DNA of 63,946 nt, counting the filler, from Choristocarpus tenellus KU-1152 (Eukaryota > Protista > Phaeophyceae), in NCBI GenBank assembly GCA_964200185.2. It is 11 parts of 11 records of this genome, joined end to end, with 100 filler letters (N's around TTAATTAATTAA, not from the genome) between each part and the next. Parts side by side here need not be neighbours in the genome. Positions count along the whole stretch, not along the records: positions 36,278 to 41,095 come from CAXNAD020012947.1; positions 41,196 to 47,412 come from CAXNAD020008658.1; positions 47,513 to 54,770 come from CAXNAD020006443.1; 8 more parts are not named here. One strand, given 5' to 3'. Shown here piece by piece: positions 37,510 through 50,600 of this stretch (within the stretch, counting starts at the first letter, position 1; each line of letters opens with the position of its first letter). The notes beneath the pieces were generated by a model. It was given only the letters and a program-made list of their open reading frames with translations. It was not told where the DNA came from and did no database searches. Position numbers and translations under genes: made by a program.

Positions 37510-38759
37510 CTGTACTCAGCATCCTGATTGGTTGACCTTGAGAATTGTTGCCCTTGACTGGTGTGAGGGCTGGTAAACTATGTTCCCACAAACAAGTTCC
37601 TGGAGATTTTGTGAGGGAAGTGGGGTGTGGTTGGGTAGGTGCTTTTGTTACGGGGGGGGGGGGGGGGGGGGGATTGTAGCCTGTTGTACAGAGGAAAGAG
37701 ATGGGGGGGATTGAACCTGCTTGTGCCGCAAGTTGGGTCATCTATGGTGAGGGGTGTGGGCTCATGAAGGTTGCCCTGCATGGTGTGGCATATTGGTCGC
37801 AAAAAGAGTGGAGAATATTAGGAGTGTGGCAAAGCAGGCATTTAGTTCTTTCCACATACACGTGCATTGCTGCTTGTACTTCCAACTTTTTTGCACTTAA
37901 TTTTTGTACCTGTGATATGTACCCATACTACCTAGTCTTTCTGGGGAGGATAGCATCGACCTGTTCGCCCATTCAAGTCGTCCTTTGTTGGATTGATGCT
38001 TGACATTGTCGTGGCTAGTGTGGCGGGTTTCATAGTGATGTGTGCAGCGTTGGGGAGGTTTTTGCAGGCAGATAATATATCCTAAGGAAATCGGTGTGCC
38101 ATAGTAGACATCATTTGGTGGGGGAAAAAAATGTATTGGAAGGGGTTTTATTGAAGAAAGGAGAGAGGATGTGTCGTGGGATGCTGTGCTGAATTGTTTT
38201 GCCAGTTGTTGATGAATAGCAGAGGGGAAGAGGGGGTAACTCTGACCTGTAGTCGTCTTTTCACACTTTCTTGATAGCAGGAACCATTTTCAAGACATGT
38301 GCACAAGTGCAGGCTGATTTTTTATGTTTTGTTTATTTTGAGCTGGACAGGTAGTACCTTACAACTACATATTTAAAATAGGGGCAAAAAGAGGGAGCTT
38401 TGTTGCTCAATCCACACGTTGTAGCTATTGTTGAGCTCTTATCCTAGAAATACTGTTCTTCACTCTTTGTTATGAAAGTACGTGCTGTGGATTAGTGTGG
38501 TGCTTTTGAAGCATATTATATACACTATGACCAGGAACACTTTATGTCCGTTGAGCGTCTTTGGTGATGGTGCATGTTGAGACCGGTGCAACATTTTTTT
38601 GTACTTGAAGCTCAATAATCAAACTTTGCATGGCAGTATTTCAAAGTATACTACTAATAACAATGACTAATACCCCTATTGTTTTTTTTCGGGATAAGTT
38701 CGTTCCATCTAGTTTTTTTGTGGAGTTGGTAATAATGCGAGCTTGGTCTTTCCTTTACA

Positions 38760-39017
38760 GAGCCAAGGTAAACGAGAGGGGTATCCACTTCGTTTCTTTT
38801 GCATTTTAGACCAATTTTTCAATCTCTTGAAATTCACCCATGTTTTTATGGATGAAGCGATAAGTTTGACTTGAGAGTGTAAATTTCTCTGTTGCTTGGA
38901 GATTTTTCGACACAATTCAGAAAATATCCCATTTGCGTTTGTAAAAAATGCCGAATTTTGCACATTTTGTTCAGTTTCCTTAAAATGCGAGTCTGGGTAC
39001 CTCTCATCTTCTTACAC
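38760..39017. mobile_element. MITE family D (inverted, diverged)
   Basis: Starts GAGCCAAGGTAAACGAGAGG; the body is the reverse complement of 30443-30692. Confidence 0.75.
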
Positions 39018-40873
39018 TGCACCATCTCTCGAGTCTCATATCTTTTCCCTCCTCTGCTGCCGCTAAGTACATGCTGGGGCATGTTTCATGTGGCAATGAA
39101 GCAATCTGCATCTGATAGAGAGATCTGTGCGTCAAAAATGGGGGTGCAGGATTCGCTTTGTTGATGGTAAAATAATCTATACACCATGGAACAATACAAT
39201 ACTTGTTTGGAAAGGATTAGGGAACTTATATTTGTTGAAAGAGAGGTATTGATTGATGTGGAGAAGAGGAACATGCAAGCGAAAATGCCCTGTTTGGATT
39301 AGTGCTATAATCACCATGTCCTTGTAACTACTATTCAAATGAAGATGTTAAGGTGCAAGACATCTCGTCCCCTCTCAAGTCGGGATGTGAGAGGAAAGAG
39401 GGCATATCATTCCGAATCATACCTAGCCACTTGAAATAGTACGTAAGGAGTTTGTTATTGATCAAAGCATGATCTGGTGGTGAAAATATATATGCATCCA
39501 CTCCTCTCTAATTCCAACGATATTGCCTACCTGTTCAGCGAGGTTGATTGGTAATGTAGGCATTTCTTGCCTACACCGTTTGCTCGCTTTGGAGGAGTGG
39601 ATACGGATGGTATTGTAGGTGCATAGCCTGTATGCTGAGAGTCAAACCAACGGAGAGGTAGGTAGGGTTGCATTCCAAGGATCCCGTTAGAGGGGGGAAA
39701 GATGTCGTGTTGTACATTTGCTAAATTGTGACGTCACTTTGTGCGTGGGAAGGGAAATAACAATTATGCATATTATAAAGCAATGGAATAAGAGTGTATT
39801 GCACAGCATTGACAAAGGAGAGGTAATAGAATAATTAGATACGTCAGTTGGGCATAAAGGAGAAAGACCAGTACTAAGAAAAGACGAAAAATGGCAACAA
39901 GGCTGGGAAGAGAAAGTGCAAAATGTCGAAAATACTATAAATCTCGCTTCTTCACAGCATCTATTGATTCAATTCTTCAGGTAAGATGCCGTACACTGCT
40001 TGGGTCACGTCACCAAGTCTTGTGGCGATTGAGTACATATTATTTGACCTACCAGGTTCCCCAACTTCGCTACTCGTACTTGAACCTGAATGAAGCAGGG
40101 GTGGGGTGGGTGGGAGGAGGGGGAGGAGGTAAGAGGCCCTCCCCCTCCAGACTACATGACGCTTACACCCAAGCAGAGGAATGAGAAGGGAGAGAAATAC
40201 CAAGATAAGTAAAAAAAATACGGCACCCAAACCACATTGGGGGTTGAACATGACACGAGCTGGTAGTGGAACGAAGGGGGAGGTTGCAATTTGCCGCAAA
40301 CTCTGCTGAAGGCTATTACCTCCAGATATTTAGGAACTCCTCAACAATGCACCGCAAGCCAGGGAGAGGGAGGATCACGCTCGGCAACCTCCAATGACCT
40401 CTACTGTCCCTACTACTACTTGAGCTACTACTACTAGCATTACTACAACCTCTACTGCAACGACAAGAACTGCGATTTGTGGGCAAATGTTGAATTGATG
40501 AGGCGCTTGTGGTGGCATCCTACACACATTCATGTTTATTTCCTAGCCTTTTTGTTGGTTTCTTTGACACGTCCGTGCTTTGTTGTGGACAACTACCCGC
40601 ATGTTGTCCTCCTCCTGCCCTTATTGGTGCACAGGGCACGTTCGCTAAGACCACTGCTACTACTATGGTTTCTGTTCCGCTCTAGTATTTCTTGCTGATT
40701 TACGATGTTGCTTGATTTTTTTTTTTCTATTACACATTTTTCTATTTTTGTCTTCAGTCAAAGTTTGAAGCACCATCGTTTGAAGCACCATCGCTGCTTC
40801 TGGACTTGTTCAAGAGGGCACTATACTCGGGTATAGTGGTACACACAACCAATTGATGATGCTGATGGTGGTG

Positions 40874-40912
<39 letters not shown>

Positions 40913-41694
40913 GTTCTTGATATCCTATAAACCTCTCATATTCACAATCCATTTGTTCTTCAGAGATCAGGACAACCCCCCCACTAAAAAAAAATGGTGC
41001 AATAACCTTCCCCCTCCCCCCATTCCTTCTTTCTTTTCCCTTCCTTCTTCTTTTCCTTCTTTCCTTCTTTCCTCTTTTTTTCTCTTTCTTCCTTTNNNNN
41101 NNNNNNNNNNNNNNNNNNNNNNNNNNNNNNNNNNNNNNNTTAATTAATTAANNNNNNNNNNNNNNNNNNNNNNNNNNNNNNNNNNNNNNNNNNNNCAAAA
41201 AAGTGAAAATCGAAAAAAGGGTGAAAAACGGACGCCGGCACCCCCCCCCAAGATACTTTGACCCTAGAGTGTCGTATTCAAAGGTGGCAGGGTTAGAGTT
41301 TACGTGTTTTCTATTTAGGGAGTAATAGCGATTGAGTTGGTATACAAAGGGGCAAGCTACCTTGTTAAGGAAGCTGATGTCTCCCTAGACTTTGTGTGTA
41401 TAGGTGATTTGACAAATTATCTATTTGATTGGAAATGTTGTAGATGAACAAAGGAGAAAGGAGGAGCGAGCCTTCAAGCCCACGGGGGGGGTCTCTTCCA
41501 CCAAATCTACCCTATTCTCTAGATGACAAATCATTAATCACAGGTTACTTGCTGCAATATTCCAATTCGTGAACTCTTCCATGTTCTAGTTCATCAACCC
41601 ATACTTACCGCTTCTTACATAATACTCCGGAGTGTATTCTTCCCGTGAATATCCAATTGCAATCTTCCCTTCCCTCTACAACCGATGTATATGT

Positions 41695-41872
41695 GGCTCA
41701 AAGTATCTGGAGGGGTGGGGAGTGGTTGTCCATTCAGGGTCCATTTTCCATGTGGCTATTTTTTAGTAATTTGGTTGAATGCGTCGGATGGATATTGTAA
41801 GTACTCTTCTCCTGGTCAGGGCCCAAATGGATACCCTGGTGTAACCCCCCCCACACACAGATACTTTAAGTC
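41695..41872. mobile_element. MITE family C
   Basis: GGCTCAAAGTATCTGG ... AGATACTTTAAGTC. Confidence 0.85.
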
Positions 41873-42590
41873 ATATTGCGGTACCGTATATCTATGTGCA
41901 TTGTTCTCTCTCCAGATAATGCCTTCTGGACCATCTTAATTGCACCCATCATTATCCTGAAACAATGATACAGACTAATTGCATCCAGGTGTGTATCATC
42001 AGGTACACTAAGTGCAGTGTGATGTTGATGCCTTATGAGGGGGCAATGCAACCCAAGAAAAACAAACAAACACATGATATATAACTGATGACTTCTTGTG
42101 TGAAGAAGAAGAGAGGGGAAAACAAAGAAGAAACAAGAAGACAAACTTGAATCAATATATGAAGGAACTGATGTGGCACGTATTATGCCTGTATGTTTGA
42201 TAGGTAGCGACTACTGTTCTGATGCTTCCTATGTACTGTGATGTTACAAAGGTAATTGATGATGTTGTGATGATGAGCTTATGAAGTAAGTGAAAATAGC
42301 GACCAGTACAATGTGCTCCACAAGTACAAAACAACATTCAGTATGAACTGACGATACTGTATCGTATCAAGACAAATTAAATGAGTAGCCTATGTTTTAG
42401 CACGAGTTGCATGAGCATGTGCACCTGCTTACTAAACCTCAGTAGTAGTGTAACCGTTTTCGGCTTTCTAGACACTAGTCAACACATCCTCCTCCAAACA
42501 TCACAACACCACCAGAAACAATCTACACTCCTTAGAGTCAGCAAAATCAGCATCTACATAGCGAAGTAGCTGGTCCCTCGGCCCAATTCA

Positions 42591-42847
42591 GAGCCAAAGT
42601 ATCATAGAGGGTAGAGTTGCTTCCATTTGGGGGTCAAAATCCAATGTTGCGATTTCGATGTAATTTTGACTGTCGTGTTTGTTAGGAAGTGTCAATATCC
42701 TTGTTCCGGACACACCTTTTCAAAATGTATACATTTTACCTACTCCGAAATATTCTGGAGTAGGGAAACGTAAAAAAAAACCCGAGGGAAGTCAAGCCCC
42801 AAATGGCAAACAGGGCAAACCTCGTACCCTCTAAGATACTTTCACTC
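42591..42847 (-). mobile_element. MITE family A, full length
   Basis: Both TIRs present, in reverse orientation. Confidence 0.9.
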
Positions 42848-43559
42848 GCTCCTTCTGCTGTCATACGTCTGCCGTCTAGCAATATATGTGTAATTCTGGT
42901 GCGCTCGAAGTCTCCTTGAGACAAGTTTGAGTATCTGGTTTTGTCAACGAGTTCATCTTAGGCATCACCAAGGACACACCGCCATAAATAATCCTGTCAT
43001 CAGCAGTAGGTACCTCAATACACATCCCAATATATGTGCAACCCCCATCCATAAGATTCCTGAAGGAGGTTTATCCTTAAGTGGGGCTGGTGGGTGTCCT
43101 TTGTTTATTGGAGGTTTTATCCAGTTTTATATTCAAACTGGGTCCACGACTTCTATTCCTGTTCAGACTTTTGTGACCCCCCAAGTCTGGGTGTATTTTA
43201 GTTGTTGCTTGACAATAGTGTAGTTGTAGCACTGGGAGCAGTAATGAACTGGGAGAGTGAACAGCTGCCTTTCAAATCCAGTGATGTGGTTGTATCTGCT
43301 ACACACCATGGAGCATCCTTGTCCCAGAACCCCTGCGTCTGAACTGCATCTACTGTCCCACCGTCATGTGGTGCACGAAACTCTGTTATCTCACAGTAAC
43401 CAAGTGTTTCATCTGTCCACGACACTGCATTGGTTTTAAATCGAATGGTTTGTCATCAGTATGTTCCTCCGCACTCAGAGACCGTGATTGTCGTGAAGTC
43501 CGAATTACGTCCCAGTTCTGCAGTGGAGGCCGATACTGAACCTCACATCAGGTCCACTT

Positions 43560-46450
43560 ATTCGCTAGAACCCTTGGGTCATTAAAGTCCATGGTCCCGC
43601 CTGATGGTGTGTTGCACCCTCTCCATGTGGTGCAATGATGGCTCCTGTGTTGTGCAGATTATTAATCCACGAGTCCGTGGACGTCCCCTGTCAAGGTTGT
43701 GGTCAAAGCAAATTGTATCGTTTCGTTTTTGCTGTGATTATAGACACACACTCAACGAGCACCTAGTCCGACAGTCTTGTTCTTTGCCCTTTGTGGAAGA
43801 TTCCCTCTATAACCGTAGGAGGTGCAAAGTATGTGAGTTGTATGAATATTTAACTGACGTATAAGCAAATATCATTTAAATATGGGATTTCCTTAGACCA
43901 CCATCATCGTAAGTCAGTATTGCACACCGAGGTTCATGTTGACCGCTTTTTTTGCTTTTGGTCCCTCAGTAGGTCTCCTTTCTTACTTGGACGAAATATT
44001 GTTCGCATCTCCCCTATGTGTTCAGAGCATCTTGACTAAATCGAGAGAGTAACATCCACCGTCGAAGCTACAGGAGGTGTTAACCTCAAACCGTCTAAAT
44101 TGCAGTCTGGATCGAGAAACATCAGATACCTTGGACATAATGTTACCCCTCTGAAGCCACCTCTATCTATCAAGCCAAGATATAAAAAAATATGTTTCTC
44201 CATCTTCTGACCTCAAAGGCTTAATTAAACGTTCTGGGGTTCTATAAACTACATAGGGAAATATATTTCTGACGTAGCTATTATCACAGCCCTGTTAGTT
44301 GCCCTTGCTAGTGCCTATAAAACAAAAGGTCCTAAGTTGGGCACATTATGATGCAGTGAGCAGCAGTCAGCATTCAAGGAGTATAAATGTTGTCTCACCG
44401 TTGCTCCAATTCTACATTTCCTTATTTTATCGTGAATTTACCATCCATGTGGATGCTAGTGAAATGGGTGCAGGGTGCTTTTTTGGCTTAAATTGATGCA
44501 ATGTGAGGTAACATTAAAATAATTGCGCATCATATCAAAGAATATTAGGCAGAAGTTGAAGCAATCACCTGTTAGTGTCTACCCATTCGGGGCAACCATT
44601 TCACTGTTTATTTATACGAGACACCTCAAGCATGTTGAGAAGTTGGGTGATAGTTCTTCGAGTTCTTGATATAACGACTCAATATTAACCAAGTCGGCTA
44701 CACGTCATGCCGGATATGCTACCCCGAGCAACTAATGAGTTTGGAGAAAGTGAGCTTCTCAACCCCCTTTGGCTCCACTTTGTCGCAATGTTTCCCAAAG
44801 TGATGATACCATTTCTTTGTGCTCTCTACCGAAAATAACTCCTCCTGAGTTCGAATCTCTGCAGATCAGTTGGGTGAAACCATCCCAGTTCAGGGTGAAA
44901 GATAGTTGTTTACTTCATCAGCTGATGTCTTCCCAGTAGTAGAACCTACGGTTCTCAATGAGGGTCAAAGGAAACAATACGCATTATATTTTGTATACTT
45001 TTCTTCACCTGAAACGACTGTGTTGACCCCTGGAGAAAAAAAAATCAATGTCAAACCATTTTGTCCATGAAAACGGACGCTCTTTGTTATATAAGTCGTC
45101 TTAGCCTGGGCATCTGAGTAAGAATGGTTCTTTCCATGATCAACTTGTTGTTTCTGCAATACTCCATACCTTTGTTCTCCATGGTCTACAAGATACAAGG
45201 TCTCTAGTCATCTTAGTTTCAAACATACTATTGATCACATTCGTGACCGGTTTGGGTGGCCAACCCTTCATAAGGATGTAAGGCCTTGGTGTGAGTCTTA
45301 TCAAGCATTTCAGCAACGTCGACAGTTACATCGGTCAGTATCACCACCTGCGGATAGTATATGCCAGTAAGTCAATGTAACTGGGAGGTTTCGAGAGTTG
45401 CATTTTAAGGATCCTGACAAATATGTGCAAATTTCCGCTTTTCGTACAAATGTACATAGGATAGTTCTGATTTCTGTCGAAAAAGCTCAAACAATAGAGA
45501 AATCAACACTCTCAAGTCGAACTTAGCACCGCAACCATAGAAATTCTAGTGCATCATACACAAGAAAAAACGGCTTAAAATACAAAACGACCAAAACCTG
45601 GATACCTCTCGTTTACTTTGTGGCTCAGTGTATAGGCCGTTTCAACATATCATACAATTGATCTTATAACGTGTCAAATCCGATCCCAAGGTTTCAAATA
45701 TGTGTTGTTTGCTGTAAAGCATTGCACACGTTTTGTCATTCTGACAGGTATATCAGATAAGCAAGAACGAACAGTTGTCAAAGCATTGATTAATCGTATT
45801 CCTCAGGTTCTAACCCACCAGATTCGTTAGACTCAGATCATAGATCAGAATTCGAGAATAACCTTTGTGTGAGTTGCAGAGAGTGTATGGTGGGTTTGTA
45901 AAGACTAAAGTGACCCCTTACAGGCCACAAGCTAGTGGTGTATTGGAATTGTATATACTCAACTATACATGGAGTGTTGTCAAGTATTCTTATTTGGGTC
46001 AAGATAATTGGGCTGAGCATTACCGTTTGTCTAACTAGCCCATTACACAGCATATATGGTGCTACTGTGCAAGAAACACCCTTTTCTTGTTGCTTGAGCG
46101 TCGTCCTCTCCTTCCCACAGATGTGATACTTGGAATCCGTAAAGCTGTATGTGTATATATGTGGAAGATTATGTTTCTAATATCATACATAACCTACAAT
46201 TTGCCCATGCGTTGGCCCATCGCAATCTCCATTAACATTTGCCACGGCTAGAGTTGGCTAATGCTGAACTACCTTTTCCTAAGTATGAACCAGGAACCTT
46301 TGTGTGGTTACACAAACCTTATACCTCATCAGACAGTCCTGACCCATAACTCTTTGGTGCTTGGAGAGGTCCTCATCGAGTCATCTCTCAAGTTACAACT
46401 GGTGTGTACCATATAGAAAGGGCTTACGGTTGCTGCAATTAAACATTTCG
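43560..46450 (+). mobile_element. Decayed Ty3/Gypsy LTR retrotransposon pol (RT - RNase H - integrase order)
   Basis: Fragments in order: SPW, RFCCDYRHTLN..LPFVED (RT), KC..IRYLGHNV (RT), FTIHVDASEMGAGCF (RNase H), HL.FKHTIDHIRDRFGWPTLHKDVRPWCESYQAFQ (IN Zn finger), RPFQ, SDHRSEFEN (IN core), YEPGTFVWLHKP..WRGPHRV (GPY/F). Many stops and frameshifts. Confidence 0.85.
45369..45626. mobile_element. MITE family D inserted in the Gypsy integrase, with 3-bp TSD AGT
   Basis: Removing the element plus one AGT restores in-frame ATG CCA GTG TAT AGG CCG TTT CAA (MPVYRPFQ). Confidence 0.8.
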
Positions 46451-46611
46451 TCTCGTCCAACAAAAACAATGTATTACAGCAAATGAAACGGGACCAGAAG
46501 CAACAGAGTTGAACTCTTTGTTCATGGGTATAGAGTGAACCTGAACTAGATACAACTCCATCAAGGAGATCTTCACCAGCCTGTCCTGGGCGCCTATTTT
46601 GCTGAGGGTAT

Positions 46612-47412
46612 TGTGGCTCATAGGAAGAGATTGGGTTGTCCATCACCTAAAAATATCGTCTATCGGATATGTTTCTGTGGTTTTACAGCTGCGAGTGAAT
46701 TGTGGAAGAGAGCCGAGTATGTACCTCAATGTATTGATGCGATTGATATGTATGGAGAGCGTGTGATCCTAACCTTAGTTTCCAAAATTTCGAACTGATG
46801 ATAATCCCATCTTAGTTTTAATTATGCCTGTTATCTCATGTTCAATTTATTTGCCCCGATCAGTTACAGCTCTAGTAGTGGGCTGTTATTGGCATGCTTA
46901 GAGTCTCACAAAGGTTTTCTTCCGGTTTACTTCTTTCATTTTTACGTCATCAGAAGTGATTGTTGCGAACTGTTGTTCCAAATCAAGTGTGACATTTGTA
47001 TCTATTATCCTTACTCTGAGGTGGAGATTGTTCACCTACACCTTCTTCGTGCAATTACACGCAGTATCTTGAGGTTGTCTTCGCCATCCATCTCGTTCAT
47101 TTCACTCTCTTCTTCATCTTCTTTTTTGTTTATGTACATCACATTGTTATCCCATCAACATTATTACCAAATGACTTTCATTATCACTCACTTTTTTTTT
47201 ATAGATTCAGCCCATCCACATATAACTACAAGTTATTTTGGTGTGTGTGTGAAAAGCATGTTTGCCTGTTATTGTACCGTTATTGCCGTATACCATATAT
47301 CATTATACCGTGTTACCGATTGAGGTTCCCAGTCAACCTTTCTTTGATGGTGCTTGTCACTCTTAAGTTTGCACTTGTCCAACCTTAACCTCGTACCCTC
47401 GGTCACGGTTCG
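46612..47412 (+). repeat. Candidate 3' LTR of the Gypsy element (truncated by the linker)
   Basis: Starts TG after a short purine-rich tract (gagggtat), downstream of the integrase. Its distal part is repeated at 1-90 and 13970-14435. Confidence 0.4.
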
Positions 47413-47578
47413 NNNNNNNNNNNNNNNNNNNNNNNNNNNNNNNNNNNNNNNNNNNNTTAATTAATTAANNNNNNNNNNNNNNNNNNNNNNNNNNNNNNNN
47501 NNNNNNNNNNNNCTCAAAAAAAAAAAAACCACCCCTCCCCCCCTCTTTTTTTTTTTTTTTTTTCTTGCCCCCTCCCCT

Positions 47579-47619
<41 letters not shown>

Positions 47620-47635
47620 TCTCTCTCTCCCTCAC

Positions 47636-50600
47636 CTCCTTCATCCTTCTGGACATTGTTTCCCACTGTGTCCAGGCTGGCCACAGTCGAGTTTCCAATT
47701 TCTACCGAGGATGGGATGGTGTAAAGTGGTCGTGGCTGGAAACTCAAGTCACCTCGTTGGTCTTGTTGAAACTGCCGCATCCCTGGAGTAGGGGCAGCAC
47801 CCTGTACCTGGTAATCGTCCTTATCTTCCTCGCTTAATGTGGCAAGAATGCAAGGGTCACGTTGAAGTTGAAGTTATCAGTGAAGGGGGTAAGACGGATT
47901 TGTGGACGCATGTGGGGCTAAGGATGGGGGAATGGAACATTCTGTTTTTTTCTTCTTTGAGTGCTCCGTAGTTAGCTCTAGAGCAGGTTTTGTGTGCGCC
48001 TTGGAAAAGTTGGAAATCTTGACACCCCACCCCCCAATATGTCACCTGTGCAATTATTCACGGTTCATCAATAAAGAAAAAAATTATGAATGTCAATGAT
48101 TTTGGAAATATAACTTCTGTTTTTTAGAGTGTTTTTTTTTTTTACTGTCCGCTAGCCCACTTGTGTAAACAGGTAGTATATCCTACACGAGTAACACTTG
48201 AAACCCTAACAAAGTTACGCAAATAACAAGTTGTACCTTAATATCATGTTAGTATATCACAGCACAGGAATTCATGTTCAACATGACAAGCGAACAGATG
48301 AAAAAAAATCTTTGCCGTTTGTAATCTCCTTGGAAGAGCCCTCTCAGCCCCAATTCAACAAGCCCCTACTTTGTGGTTGAGGAATTGGTCTGCTTGTTAG
48401 GTCCTTAAAGTTTGTTTTACTGGACTGCTTCTAGTGAGGCAATGCTGCAACAATTCCAAGGTATACCCTCTTTAAATGTGTACCTTATCCACCTGTCTCC
48501 AATACACCTTCTCTCCTACCTTTCTACGAGGTCAGACATGGTTAAGGGGACCTTGGTGATCCTAGGGTCGTACTTGATCTCCTCATTCGACTTCCAGCAT
48601 AAGCTACCAATGCGTGGAATCTCCTGTGGAGGTGGAGGTCAACCAGGGTGAACAGTGGAGGAAACACAGGAATTTGCTCAAAAAATATTGATATTATTAT
48701 TGTCATTGTAACTATAAAAACAATTTTGGTATAATGTTATTACTATTATTTTTTAATTTTATCTTCATACTAGTCTGAAGGGGTTCCAGACCAGTGGTCA
48801 AAGGAGTGTAGAGGAAAAAAAAAATTAAGAAAAATAACACTCACCCAGTGCTTGTGGCGAAAGCGACCTTAGATCATAGGGGGTGTATGATCAAAAAGCA
48901 AGATCTGAATGAGTTTCGAGGAAGTTGCTTAGCACAATACTATACTTTGTAGAGGTGCTCCAGTACCTGCCTGTGGTGCATAAGCCAATAGCACAGAAGA
49001 TTATACTTCGAATCAGATTTCATACTACTCTAGTATACTGATTTTTTTACTTTGGAGAGGTACTCCATCCAGTGTATGCTTGTAGTACATCAGCAAACGC
49101 AGAGATGATAAATTGCTATTCCTTTGGTGTAGTTTATATATATTTATTTCTCTAGTGTGTGTTTTTTTCTCATTGTGGACAAAAATTTATATACATACAT
49201 ATTTCAAGTGACAAAAAGTGATGCGCTCCAGACTTTTGATTATTCACTGGTACTAGAACTATAGATGTGTATTCTTGGAGTTACAAATTTGTAGATAAGA
49301 GGGTTGTGGTGGTGGAGATTGTTGCTCCACCTATGCACGTATCAGTCGTGACAGATGTTTGAATAGTTACACAGATCCCTAACCGTAATACTAACCCTAG
49401 CCCTAGCACTAACATTAGCACTAACATTAGCACTAACCCTGAACTAGATGTAGAGCGGGTGCAATAGCCATGCAGTGGTTTTGCAAATCGGACACTCACA
49501 TCATTAGGCCTATATTGTCACTCTTCAGAGGCTGACTAAGGAGGTACTGTCAGTGGAATTAGGATCTGTGTACATGAAACCCAATTGATGCAAAAATGTT
49601 TAACTCCTTTTGTCCTATGTTTGGAATAGAGAACATTTGTCTTTTTTTGCTTTGTTGGAACACTTTTATCTTCATATTTTTTATCTTAACTTTTTTCAAA
49701 CTTTTGTGAAGCTCTCCCCAATTTTGTTGTGTGTGTGTGTGTGCATGTGTGTGTGTGCATGTGTGTGTGCGTGTATTGACCTAAAATAATATACAGGGAT
49801 GTACCAAATGTTCCAGTCGGGGTACACCTGATTGAGGACAAGAATGCCACAATACCTCAGGATCAAAGTATCTTGGGGGGGGGGGTGACAGCTGTCCATT
49901 CAGGGCCAGTTTTTCCACGTCGCAATTTTTGGGTGAATTTGGTTGCATGTGTCAGATGGATAATGAAATGGCACTTCTCCTGGTCAGGGCCCAAATGGAC
50001 ACCCTAGTATAGACCCCCCCCACAAACACACAGATACTTTAAGCCTCAGGAGGAAGCTGAGGGTGTGGACTGTAGCGGTCAGTATAGTGACTGGAGAACC
50101 AACCCTGAGCCATAGCATCCTAGATGGGGATCAATCTAGGCCCTTTTGAGGATAAGGGGCTTACGAAATCTTCTGCCTGAAACCCCCACGCCCATGACCG
50201 AAATGCGGGTATTAATTCCCCCATCTGGAGGCTGAAACTGCATAAGAGGAGACGAATGTTTGTCCATGCAAGAGTGAGAACGCCTCCAGAGCTTTAGGAG
50301 TACATGTTGCACAAGGTAGTCACAGAGGTTTCTTTTACTCAATGGTACCCCCTCTTAGATACTGCTGTGATTCCAAAGCATGCGTTCGCTCCCTGCATAG
50401 AGTACAAGCATTTGCATGACAACTACAATACCTCAGAGCCCCTTCAGATCTCCTGGATATATGGTGTTATGGCCACGCTAAATTTGGTGTTGATTCTAAG
50501 GTACCTCTACATGCCCCTTTGTGAAAAGTGCAAAATGAATATTCAGAAAATAGTTTATCATAGTTTTTGTACACAAGAGTAAGCAAGCCAAAAATGAAGA

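Noticed and set aside
50165-50238. AG/GT-bounded segment (FQPPDGGINTRISVMG...) inside the EF-hand-like gene
   Set aside because: Including it would shift the frame of the downstream exon; the flanking exons already join in phase without it.
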